Shown here: in pieces, positions 1-7,355 of the stretch
How the letters are laid out: each line of letters begins with the position of its first letter
Position numbering within the stretch: position 1 is the first letter of the stretch
From: a virus
Direction: 5' to 3' (one strand)
DNA length: 11,043 nucleotides
UHGV virus genome: UHGV-0098765
The notes under the pieces: generated by a model
Seen by the model: only the letters and a program-made list of their open reading frames with translations
Told to the model about the DNA's origin: nothing
The model's database searches: none
Program-made: the position numbers and the translations under genes

Positions 1-202
1 CTGAAAAAACTGACGTTCACTGGAGTGGTCGGTTTAGCGTTGCACCAATGCTCGATAGGATGTACCGTTTTTGAAAAACAAGTAGTTATATACTTTGTGG
101 GAGCCTATTGGGAACCCGGCGTTTTCATTTCAAGGTGTAATCCATACGCGGCTTAAGAATGAGATATAATGCGACTTTTAGTGTTCCGCTTGAGAGGCCA
201 TG

Positions 203-736
203 ATGCTTACCCTGGACGAGATAGGTCAATCAGTACGTAACAATATCCAGTTGATTATTGATCATGTCGGCTTACCTCTTGCTGTTGGTCCGCTCAGTGA
301 TGATGATTACAAGATTCTGTGTGGTGGCTATGGTGAGCTTGAATGGGACTATGCGTTAAGTACCTATGGCAACTCCAGAGAAAAGTATGAGTTCTGCATA
401 AAACTTGTTCAGCAAGGTCGGGTTCAGGGAATACCATCAGGAGCAGCAATTTGTGTTTATGGGGTTGAAGAAAACATCTTTCGTATCCATATGATCGAAA
501 GGTTTTCTAGAGAAGATGAATCTCACCCATTGAAAGGGCGCATGGTTTTACTCACTCTTATGAGTGCTTTTATATTTTGTAAAGCTGTTGAATGTAAAGT
601 TGTCCACATTGTAGAGCCAGTACCAGAACTGGTGCAGTATTACGAGTCTTTTGGTTTCCGCATGGAACAGTGCGGTTATGTGATGTCGGCAGTCATTGAT
701 GAGCTGCAGGATATCTTTCTTAAATTTGCTCAGTAG
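203..736 (+). CDS. Putative GNAT-fold N-acetyltransferase-like protein (177 aa; ORF track starts at 200)
   Basis: Intact ORF. GAGAGG at 192-197 sits 5 nt before the second ATG (203), too close to the first (200). Segment HPLKGRMVLLTLMSAFIFCKAVEC...ELVQYYESFGFR resembles GNAT motif A plus the C-terminal Y..GF motif. Possible -10 TATAAT at 165-170. Appears AT-richer than the prophage genes. Confidence 0.5.
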   Translation: MLTLDEIGQSVRNNIQLIIDHVGLPLAVGPLSDDDYKILCGGYGELEWDYALSTYGNSREKYEFCIKLVQQGRVQGIPSGAAICVYGVEENIFRIHMIERFSREDESHPLKGRMVLLTLMSAFIFCKAVECKVVHIVEPVPELVQYYESFGFRMEQCGYVMSAVIDELQDIFLKFAQ

Positions 737-932
737 GTATAGACGAGAAGGGTCTACAAATTGTAGGATACCCGTCCAGATTACCTTAAAGGTACATCTA
801 TGGCAGTCGTTTTGTGCTTAAACTACTAAGAAACGATGTCACCAATCGACATGATCGATTGGCATAAGTTAGCGAAACAAGCTAGCTTTAAAGAAAGGGT
901 TAGAGACGCCTTTACTGTCTCGGGAGTTTTCT

Positions 933-1106
933 ATGAAAGATCAAAAAGCAACCAAGCCACAGGTTAAGTTCGACACAATGAAAGCATTCGCAGGTATGGG
1001 TGCTGCTGTTGAAGTTCTGATGAAGGCTGCTCCTAATGCGTTCACTCACGCTACTGTCTCTGGTAAAGAGCAGCAGGGTAAGCTTCGTCGTCGCAAAGCA
1101 GCATGA
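933..1106 (+). CDS. Small hypothetical protein (57 aa, MKDQKATKPQVKFDTMKAFAGMGAAVEVLMKAAPNAFTHATVSGKEQQGKLRRRKAA)
   Basis: Not in the ORF track (below its length cutoff). GGGAG at 922-926 lies 6 nt before ATG 933; stop TGA 1104-1106 is followed 20 nt later by a strong intrinsic terminator. Hydrophobic core with a basic C-terminal tail. Confidence 0.45.
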   Translation: MKDQKATKPQVKFDTMKAFAGMGAAVEVLMKAAPNAFTHATVSGKEQQGKLRRRKAA

Positions 1107-1125
1107 TCATAGCTGGTGCTTTTTG

Positions 1126-1155
1126 AAAACCCGCCTTCAGGCGGGTTTTTTCTTT
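1126..1155. terminator. Bidirectional Rho-independent terminator
   Basis: AAAACCCGCC-ttca-GGCGGGTTTT followed by TTTTTTCTTT on plus; on minus the same stem is followed by UUUUCAAAA. Sits between the converging plus small ORF (stop 1106) and the minus xis-like gene (stop 1154). Confidence 0.75.
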
Positions 1156-1435
1156 AGTGATGTTCTTTGCCCTTCTGTTTGACTGTTCTGACCTGTTCCC
1201 ACTCGATACGTCCTTCTTCTCGCCTTTTGTCTATGTATTCCGCAAGATCCTGAATATTGATGCAACGTTTTGCTTTTTGTGATGTGCCGATGCGATATGT
1301 TGGAACGGGCAACTTACAAGCGTTTGCTTTTGCTTCTGCCGTGGCTGGACTCATACCAAAGTACTTTTGGCTAATTGCTGAGAGTTCAATGTTTGGGGTA
1401 TTGAATTCAGCCATCAGTAAAAACAAGGTGTTCAT
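1154..1435 (-). CDS. Excisionase-like / recombination directionality factor-like DNA-binding protein
   Basis: ORF 1154..1462; the listed start at 1462 is a GTG. Preferred start is ATG 1435 (MNTLFLL...), preceded by GGAG with 6-nt spacing. Small basic protein at the end of the early-left operon, recognised by family resemblance from memory rather than a specific motif. Confidence 0.6.
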   Translation of the reverse strand: MNTLFLLMAEFNTPNIELSAISQKYFGMSPATAEAKANACKLPVPTYRIGTSQKAKRCINIQDLAEYIDKRREEGRIEWEQVRTVKQKGKEHH

Positions 1436-1471
1436 AATTTTCTCCATCAAAACCGGCTGCACCCGGGAAAA

Positions 1472-2039
1472 TCATAATTCTGTGCTGGTGGCAGGAATTA
1501 ATTTCTGCCAGATAGCGGAAACATATTTTGCCTGATGACGGGCATCAGCTATGGCGTTGTGCCGTTCGCCATCGAAAGGCATGTCCATTTTGGGGTCGAA
1601 TCCGATGGAACGCCCAAGTGTAACGATCGTGCGTACATCGTGGTCATTCCAGTACGCCCACGGGCAGATTTGTCCTGCTCGCTCATAAGCTCCACGTAAA
1701 ATTACGTTGTCGAAGGTGGCTCCGTTACCCCAGACTTTTAAATATTTCGTATTGTCTGCGTGCCGGTAAATGGTTTAGTTCTGAGAGAGCATCGCTGATC
1801 GACAAAGTATCATCAATACAGATTGCAGCTCGCGCTTCAGGGCTTTGTTTCAACCACCACAGGATGGTATCGCCGTCAGGTGTAGCTCCTTGCTTCATAG
1901 CACTGTCTAGGCTGACAACCGCATAGAATTCTTGTCCGATGTCTCCAGTTTCTGGAGTGAAGAACACCGCGCCAATGGAAACGATCGGTGCATCCTTATT
2001 TTTCCCCATCGTCTCAAGGTCGATCATTAAGTTGTTCAT
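1472..2039 (-). pseudogene. DnaQ-like 3'-5' exonuclease, disrupted by a 1-nt frameshift in a homopolymer run
   Basis: N-terminal part (MNNLMIDLETMGK...EIFK) is the track ORF 1725..2093, with start ATG 2037-2039 after AGGAGGTGA. It stops at 1725 right after the run TTTAAAAG (plus 1736-1740). The +1 frame continues VWGNGATFDNVILRGAYERAGQICPWAYWNDHDVRTIVTLGRSIGFDPKMDMPFDGERHNAIADARHQAKYVSAIWQKLIPATSTEL to stop 1472-1474. Removing one A restores a ~188-aa exonuclease. Confidence 0.65.
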
Positions 2040-2557
2040 CACTTCACCTCCTGCGGCGGTTCTGGTAGAGGCATCCAATTGATTACATCGCATTTAGGGA
2101 TGCTGATATCATCACCAAGCCACCCTTGACCTTCAGACCAGCATTGCACGTAATACCCGTATTCTGTGTTCACTACGCACCACTGCGCGTCGTTCGGCAT
2201 TCGATCACTACAGCTTATCCAACTATCCGGAGTTCCCGGATAGTTGCCATTTACATCGAAGTTTGGCTCTGCGTCCTGAACCAGGAGGATGTAACCATTC
2301 TTGGCAGTATCAAGTTCTAACGCCTCGGTGACGGTGCCGAAATAGCGATTACCTAAATCAGCATCACAAGTGCTTACATCAATGGAAACCTCCATGCCTT
2401 CGATTAATTCTGGCAAGTTGTAAGTTTGGCTTACAGGTTCTGCTCCCAGCGATGCCAGTGCAATCCGTGCCAGTTCCATTTGTTCGCCACGGGTAAGCCC
2501 GTTATCAAGCGGATTTTTAATGAATAATTCGATACGTTCTTTGGTAATAGTGGTCAT
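2039..2557 (-). CDS. DUF551 domain-containing prophage protein (172 aa)
   Basis: Intact ORF; AAGGTGA 7 nt upstream of ATG 2557. C-terminal W-rich region (WISCSDRMP...WCVV...CWSEGQGW...VINWMPLPEPP) is typical of DUF551. Stop overlaps the exonuclease start (ATGA). Confidence 0.8.
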   Translation of the reverse strand: MTTITKERIELFIKNPLDNGLTRGEQMELARIALASLGAEPVSQTYNLPELIEGMEVSIDVSTCDADLGNRYFGTVTEALELDTAKNGYILLVQDAEPNFDVNGNYPGTPDSWISCSDRMPNDAQWCVVNTEYGYYVQCWSEGQGWLGDDISIPKCDVINWMPLPEPPQEVK

Positions 2558-2559
2558 AG

Positions 2560-2751
2560 CTATTTCACCTTAATCTCAACATTTCGCAGCTTTAGCTCTA
2601 CTGGCAGGTCTGACTTTCCTGTTAATGCTAATGCGAGATTTTCTGGGGTAATGAGAGCAGTTATTGCTTTCCCCATTGCCAGACGAATAATTATTCGTAT
2701 TTCGCGATCGTCACATGCTCCTGGTCGAACAATTGATATCTGTCCGTTCAT
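2560..2751 (-). CDS. Hypothetical small protein (63 aa, MNGQISIVRPGACDDREIRIII...)
   Basis: Start ATG 2749-2751 lies 1 nt after the stop of the upstream Ea22-like gene, with GGAG upstream. The track ORF 2560..2850 extends further only in overlap with that gene. Stop is 2 nt before the next start. Confidence 0.5.
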   Translation of the reverse strand: MNGQISIVRPGACDDREIRIIIRLAMGKAITALITPENLALALTGKSDLPVELKLRNVEIKVK

Positions 2752-2752
2752 C

Positions 2753-3262
2753 TCACTCTCCTTTGATGCGAATGCCAGCTGCGCTTGCTGATTCTTCATA
2801 TGCGCGTTTAGCAGCGTTAATGATTGCTGCCAGTGGCGTATAGCCGCCATCCATTCGGATTGTGTTGTGGATGCCAGCCATTGTGTTGCGCAATTTTCTG
2901 TGGCTAGCAGACAGTTCTGCTATGCGCTTCTCTGCGGCTTCCATCTCAACGCGCAGCCTTCCTACCGTTAGCGCAATATCCTCGTTCTCCTGGTCACGGC
3001 GTTTGATGTATTGCTGGTTTCTTTCCCGTTCATCCAGCAGCGCCTGCACTACTTCAGGGTTGAAAGCTGCGATATAACGAGCGTTGTTCTCTGCGTTGTT
3101 CTGTCCATCAAAGCCGGTCCATTTGATAACGTCTTCACATCGTTTATCACCAGGTGTATGCACCGCATATGTACCAGTACCAGACGAAATAAATGCGACC
3201 CATTCACCCTGTGTTGCCAGTTGCGCCGCTTTACGCAGTGCCTGATAGTCAATCTTGCTCAC
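2753..3262 (-). CDS. Ead/Ea22-like family protein (169 aa from the GTG start)
   Basis: GTG 3260-3262 is preceded by AAGGAGG with 6-nt spacing and overlaps the stop of the upstream 79-aa ORF (GTGA). N-terminus SKIDYQALRKAAQLATQGEWV plus a central coiled-coil-like region match this family. The track start at 3298 is also GTG and lacks an RBS. Confidence 0.65.
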   Translation of the reverse strand: MSKIDYQALRKAAQLATQGEWVAFISSGTGTYAVHTPGDKRCEDVIKWTGFDGQNNAENNARYIAAFNPEVVQALLDERERNQQYIKRRDQENEDIALTVGRLRVEMEAAEKRIAELSASHRKLRNTMAGIHNTIRMDGGYTPLAAIINAAKRAYEESASAAGIRIKGE

Positions 3263-3498
3263 TGGTTGCCTCCTTTGCGGATCTGCGCTGCGATGCACGA
3301 AAAAAAAGACTCCCGCGTATGACTGTTAAGAGCTGGCGCGAACGCTGCGTTAAGAACGGCAGCATCACAGCCGTCATCGATATAGAGCGCAATTTTTTTC
3401 TCCAGGCGTGCTTTGGCTTCCTGCAACTGCATACCCCGGCACGCACGTGGGATATACTCAGCAATTTGAGCGATAGATTTTTCGTTCTGTTTAAACAT
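3259..3498 (-). CDS. Hypothetical prophage early protein (79 aa)
   Basis: ATG start with GAGGTGA 5 nt upstream; overlaps the stop of the upstream 67-aa ORF by 8 nt (ATGTTTAA), a translationally coupled chain. Confidence 0.55.
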   Translation of the reverse strand: MFKQNEKSIAQIAEYIPRACRGMQLQEAKARLEKKIALYIDDGCDAAVLNAAFAPALNSHTRESFFSCIAAQIRKGGNQ

Positions 3499-3694
3499 GC
3501 TTCACCTCGATCGGCTTGATGGTATCGATCAGCAGTCGGCGGCGAGTATTTTCTGCAAAGTGGCGGCGTCCGGTTTCTTTGTGGTAAAACTCGTTTTTTC
3601 CGACGACCCACATCCGCTTTGTCTGGTGCAGTTTTTTTACCTGCGGACCGTCTCGGGTGATAACAATTCCTGTATGAGTTTTTATCACGCTCAT
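3491..3694 (-). CDS. Hypothetical small basic prophage protein (67 aa)
   Basis: ATG 3692-3694 overlaps the upstream gene stop (ATGA); GGAG 9 nt upstream. Confidence 0.55.
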   Translation of the reverse strand: MSVIKTHTGIVITRDGPQVKKLHQTKRMWVVGKNEFYHKETGRRHFAENTRRRLLIDTIKPIEVKHV

Positions 3695-4053
3695 TTCTTA
3701 TTCTCCGGTGCTTTTGGCATTACTGCCCAGTGAGTGATATTGACGTTTTCAAGGTCCCCGACCTGAAATGTCCACTGCCATTCTCCGTTTTCTTTTTGCC
3801 CCCAGGTGTCCCAGAGGGAACGCCAGCCAATCAGCCAGCCTTCTCCGTTAGCATCAAATAACAGAACACTTTCATTTGCTGGCGGCAGTTCAGCTGACAC
3901 TGGTATTATTTTGTTTTCCAGTGCCGCACATTTAGCTTCAAGCGCGTCGAATTTACGTACCAGGTACTCGGCATTTGTTTCGTTCACTTTCAGATCTCGC
4001 GGTACACATTTTCCGCGAAGAAACCCTTCCATTTCGAAAACATTCATGCGCAT
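3691..4053 (-). CDS. yfdS: DUF551-like prophage protein, YfdS-like (120 aa)
   Basis: C-terminal W-rich motif (GWLIGWRSLWDTWGQ...WQWTF...ITHWAVMPKAPE) is DUF551-like. Length and position after the YfdR-like gene match, from memory, the K-12 CPS-53 gene order yfdP-yfdQ-yfdR-yfdS. Overlaps the upstream gene by 10 nt. Confidence 0.7.
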   Translation of the reverse strand: MRMNVFEMEGFLRGKCVPRDLKVNETNAEYLVRKFDALEAKCAALENKIIPVSAELPPANESVLLFDANGEGWLIGWRSLWDTWGQKENGEWQWTFQVGDLENVNITHWAVMPKAPENKK

Positions 4054-4580
4054 TTGCGTAACTCCGATAACTCGTTAAAACGTTCCATAAACATCCCGTA
4101 GGCATGGCCCGGTGCCAGTGGAATCACGTTGAACATCTCTGTTGCCGGGATGCCTTCCAGTACAGGCCAGAAAGAGCCATCATCAAGCCCGAGATCGCGG
4201 CGTTCGGTTGCCAGCATGATGAGATCGGCATATTTCACAGGTGTGCTCATAACCGGGGGTAACCCGTATTTCTCACGGATTACGGCATCTATTTTTTCTT
4301 CCATCCGTTTATAGTCAGGAAGAAGGCGTTTCAGTGGCGCCGGGATGTCCTGGCAATACGCTTCTGTTGCATCATGCATTAACGCTTCAAAAGAAAATTC
4401 CTGCGGTACCAGCTGGCTGCAAAGCACCGCATGCTGGGCGACACTGTAGAAGTGTGAAAGATGTCCTGCAAAGCGACAGATATTTGAAAGGGAAACCGCG
4501 ATATCGTTAATAACGATGTCATCTTTATTTATCTTGTCATAATAAAAATGCTTCCCAGAAAAAGTTTTAATAAATGACAT
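4044..4580 (-). CDS. yfdR: HD-domain phosphohydrolase, YfdR-like 5'-deoxynucleotidase family (178 aa)
   Basis: H..H and HD signature (HFYSVAQHAV...LMHDATEAYCQDIPAPLK). Start taken at ATG 4580 (MSFIKTF...) with GGAG 6 nt upstream; the track ORF begins 9 codons earlier without an RBS. Confidence 0.8.
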   Translation of the reverse strand: MSFIKTFSGKHFYYDKINKDDIVINDIAVSLSNICRFAGHLSHFYSVAQHAVLCSQLVPQEFSFEALMHDATEAYCQDIPAPLKRLLPDYKRMEEKIDAVIREKYGLPPVMSTPVKYADLIMLATERRDLGLDDGSFWPVLEGIPATEMFNVIPLAPGHAYGMFMERFNELSELRKCA

Positions 4581-4707
4581 TTTGTTCTCCACGTATATGC
4601 GCTGCACCGCGCTGAATTCTGGTAAAAGGAAGCCCTCACCATCCGGTGATTATTGAGTTAATTACGTTTCCATAAATGCCCCCGCAGGGGCATTTGCAGT
4701 AATGAAA

Positions 4708-5532
4708 TCAGGCGGTGAAAGTACCAATAAAGGTTTCTACTTTGCTGTCTTTGAATTTCTCAACAAGCAGATCACGAAATTCGTTAGCCATTTCTTCCTG
4801 CACCGCTTCCAGCTGAATAATGCGCAGAACCAGTACAGGACGATCGCCAGTGATAATGCTGAGGCGTAATTTAAATGGACGTTCTTTCAGACCTTCAAAC
4901 GGAACGCATTTAAATTCAAATGCCACTGGCATAATATCTTTGGTCTTCGCTTCGACAGACTCCATCAGGGAGCGTTTGCCGCTGAAGTCATTATCTTCAA
5001 AATCAGCGGTCTGGTTTGCTTCAATCGTGATTTTACGGACAGCCGCAGCCGCTTTTGTTGCCTGAATAGCGTCACCATTAGCATCAAAGCCCACAAGGTA
5101 GTCGGCCCAGTCTTCAATCCATTCTGCCAGTGACTTCTGGGAGTTACGCTCGCCATTAACAGACAACAGAGCAGAGAACGGTGCTGTCTTTTTCAGTTTG
5201 AGAGTGGCGGTGTTATCTGCGTGACCAGGTTCATCAATAGTACCCAGATTAAGCACACTGACGGCTCGCATATTATCGGCATCGATAAAGCAGCGGGTGC
5301 CTTCATCTGCAAGATCTTTAGAATAACGGGTAAAGTCATCGATGCTGGCAGTGGAAAGCGCACCACGGAAACGGAAGCGATTTAAATTAAATTTTTCCAG
5401 ATCATGAATGCGGAAATTCTCAGGCAATGCCACAGCATCGGCACCAATCTTACTGATAATTTCATTAACACCCTGAGCAGAAATAAGGGCATGGATTTGA
5501 TTAATTGCGGTTGCGTCTAAGTTCTGAGACAT
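4708..5532 (-). CDS. yfdQ: YfdQ-like protein (DUF2303 family, 274 aa)
   Basis: Intact 274-aa ORF with GAGGA RBS. Size, position and general sequence character match my recollection of K-12 CPS-53 YfdQ. Confidence 0.8.
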   Translation of the reverse strand: MSQNLDATAINQIHALISAQGVNEIISKIGADAVALPENFRIHDLEKFNLNRFRFRGALSTASIDDFTRYSKDLADEGTRCFIDADNMRAVSVLNLGTIDEPGHADNTATLKLKKTAPFSALLSVNGERNSQKSLAEWIEDWADYLVGFDANGDAIQATKAAAAVRKITIEANQTADFEDNDFSGKRSLMESVEAKTKDIMPVAFEFKCVPFEGLKERPFKLRLSIITGDRPVLVLRIIQLEAVQEEMANEFRDLLVEKFKDSKVETFIGTFTA

Positions 5533-5597
5533 AATAAGTCCTCACTATATAAAAATATTCAGTGATGAGATAAATAATCAGTTTATTAAGAACGATA

Positions 5598-5960
5598 TTA
5601 ACGACCTGCTGCGCGGAGTTTTCCGTCAGGTTCACCGGCAAGAGTCAGTAATTGTCCCTGGTCTTCCTGCAGAATAGTCAGGCGACCACCGCGATTGACA
5701 TACATCAGCGTTTCGGTGGTGTCTTCTTCGGAAATTTTCCCGCGGTTAGTCGGGCGAACATATGAGAGTTTATGTTTGATTTTCACACGGTTCTCATCAA
5801 ATGGTTCGATTTCCAGGTTGAGCGAGACCTTACCTTTGTTTTTCGTGTTCATCGCACCGGAAGCGACTTCACTGAGAACTGCGCCGAGTTTGGTTTCAAA
5901 TACGCCGCCGTCCAGTTCTACGATAAATTCCTGCACGTTGGTACTGCGTTCGCTAGCCAT
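5598..5960 (-). CDS. yfdP: YfdP-like hypothetical prophage protein (120 aa)
   Basis: Start ATG 5960 (MASERSTNVQEF...) with GAGGAGCAG RBS. The track ORF extends to 6191, but that extension (Cys/Arg/Pro-rich, non-protein-like) lies in the structured leader. Confidence 0.7.
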   Translation of the reverse strand: MASERSTNVQEFIVELDGGVFETKLGAVLSEVASGAMNTKNKGKVSLNLEIEPFDENRVKIKHKLSYVRPTNRGKISEEDTTETLMYVNRGGRLTILQEDQGQLLTLAGEPDGKLRAAGR

Positions 5961-6096
5961 TTTGCTGCTCCTCATCATATCGACCCTGCAAGGTCGGTTG
6001 GTTTCTCCACAAAACAGAGAAGAACACCTGCGGTGGCAGCCGCCCGGATGGATTGGGTTATGAGCCCGTCGTCCGGTGATGCTCTTCTCTGTTTTG

Positions 6097-6143
6097 TAAA
6101 AAGAGCGGTACCAGCCGGAAGCAAGTGTACAAACTGGTACCGC
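6097..6143 (-). terminator. Intrinsic terminator inside the PL leader, upstream of the first early-left gene
   Basis: Minus-strand RNA: GCGGUACCAG, 19-nt loop, CUGGUACCGC, then UCUUUUUACAAAAC. 10-bp perfect stem at plus 6105-6114 / 6134-6143. The U-tract region CGCUCUUUUUACAA also resembles boxA (CGCUCUUUA). Confidence 0.5.
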
Positions 6144-6546
6144 CAAAGCAGTGGCTGTTGTGGTGGGGTTGTCACTCAGGCGTATGGTCAACCTGACAAC
6201 CCGGTGTCCTCAACGGGGAAAGAGTAACCCCGCCATACTTACCGCCGCGCCATTTCGCGGATTACCACAACGCTGAGAGCACTTAGCTAGTTACGGCACC
6301 ACACTTTGTCGCTGCTCCATAAATGCCCTCATCGTTGCACCCTGGTCTCTTCCCAGGCGTCAAACCGAATCGCCACGCTGGTTAGACGTCTTATCAGCAT
6401 CCTCATTGACTTGCACATTCCGGCTACCTGGTTTGTTTGCCCGAGCAAGGAGTGGATTGTCCCCTTTAACGTCCCCAGACCGCTAACGACGCATGTGCCA
6501 TACGCCGTGTTACAACCAAATTTTGTTAGGACCTTGTTTGTTTGTC

Positions 6547-6606
6547 TGGAAAGAAAGATAAAATGAAATTGCGTATTGTGCAAGTGTTTTGTTGCGAGTT
6601 ATGCAA
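6547..6606 (-). promoter_or_regulatory. Putative PL early-left promoter with two OL-type operators
   Basis: Minus-strand -35 TTGCAC (plus 6578-6583), 17-bp spacer, -10 TATCTT (plus 6555-6560). Two 15-bp palindromic sites TTGC-N7-GCAA at 6569-6583 and 6592-6606 match the same motif in the OR region (7376-7390). Confidence 0.5.
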
Positions 6607-6616
6607 TAGCGTGAGT

Positions 6617-6640
6617 AATGAAAAGCCACCTTCTGGTGGC
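6617..6640 (-). terminator. Intrinsic terminator downstream of the repressor gene
   Basis: Minus-strand RNA: GCCACC-AGAA-GGUGGC then UUUUCAUUACU, about 23 nt after the cI-like stop codon. Confidence 0.6.
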
Positions 6641-6662
6641 TAATTGATGTTGAGGTAGGGGG

Positions 6663-7355
6663 TTAATTGTGTCGCTTAAGGGTTTGTGACTGACTGATTA
6701 AGACCTTTCCAAAGACCATAAACCGGTGTTCGTTTTCGCTGGTAATTCCCCATTCGCGGTAAATCTGATTATCAGAAATTACCAGCAGTTTATCAGGTAT
6801 CATTTGCAGTCGTTTGACGTAAATTTTATCATCAAAACCAAATACATATATACCATCCCCATCAAACTGATTGATACTGATATCAACGAAGATAAGATCT
6901 CCTGGCTCAATGGTTGGACACATACTGTCCCCACGAACGTTGATAACTTTAATGTGATTTGCTGGTCGTCCACCAAACATCGATACAGCATTATCAGTTC
7001 TGTATTCAATGGCATGAATCACATCAATGACATCACCGCCCTGGATAAGGCCATTTCCCGCACTGGCACTGACATCCAGCATTTCAATACGGAATACATC
7101 CTTCACCTGCGCAACATCCTCACTAATACTGTTTTTACATACAGTATTACTTTTGAGGTCTGAGGTAAAGAGATCAGCAATATCAACACCTAAGCTCCTG
7201 GCAATATTACTCAGGGCTTGTTCAGTGAATTGTTTCTGCTTACCTGTTTCGAGGCGCGAGATATTCGCCGCATCCACTCCTATTGCTTCAGCGAGATCGG
7301 CGATTTTCATGTTCTTCGCCTGGCGAAGTTGTCTGACTCGATTTCCTATGTTCAT
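6663..7355 (-). CDS. CI-like prophage repressor (N-terminal XRE-type HTH, C-terminal S24 LexA-like peptidase domain; 230 aa)
   Basis: HTH region RVRQLRQAKNMKIADLAEAIGVDAANISRLETGK; candidate Ala-Gly cleavage site (SASAGNG); catalytic Ser in GDSMCPTI and Lys in KRL. Divergent from the cro-like gene; apparently leaderless, with -10 TGTAAT 6 nt before the ATG. Confidence 0.9.
   Translation of the reverse strand: MNIGNRVRQLRQAKNMKIADLAEAIGVDAANISRLETGKQKQFTEQALSNIARSLGVDIADLFTSDLKSNTVCKNSISEDVAQVKDVFRIEMLDVSASAGNGLIQGGDVIDVIHAIEYRTDNAVSMFGGRPANHIKVINVRGDSMCPTIEPGDLIFVDISINQFDGDGIYVFGFDDKIYVKRLQMIPDKLLVISDNQIYREWGITSENEHRFMVFGKVLISQSQTLKRHN

Noticed and set aside
1-156. Possible 3' end of a plus-strand gene running in from the left edge (about 51 codons ending near 154)
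   Set aside because: Too short and featureless to support from the window alone.
1257-1535. Plus-strand 92-aa ORF
   Set aside because: Antisense to the excisionase-like gene and exonuclease 3' end; hydrophobic, odd composition, no RBS.
1595-1610. GGTCGAATCC, a tRNA T-loop-like motif
   Set aside because: Lies inside the exonuclease coding sequence with no acceptor or anticodon stems around it; coincidental.
2862-3733. Multiple short ORFs on both strands across 2862-3733
   Set aside because: Overlap the coupled minus-strand gene chain; the chosen genes have RBSs and overlapping stop/start junctions, these do not.
4820-5156. ORFs 4820..5065 (+) and 4965..5156 (-) inside the YfdQ-like gene
   Set aside because: Nested within a well-supported 274-aa gene; alternative-frame artefacts.
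5598-6191. Upstream extension of the YfdP-like ORF to 197 aa
   Set aside because: The extra 77 residues are Cys/Arg/Pro-rich and fall on the hairpin-dense leader and terminator; the internal ATG 5960 has a strong RBS.
5695-6227. Plus-strand ORFs 5695..6063 and 5772..6227
   Set aside because: Antisense to the YfdP-like gene and leader; low-complexity translations, no RBS.
6306-6583. ORFs 6306..6566 (+) and 6329..6583 (-) in the PL leader; possible N-like protein
   Set aside because: Non-ATG start, no RBS, and a translation with no clear arginine-rich motif; the region is better explained as structured RNA. Not fully excluded.
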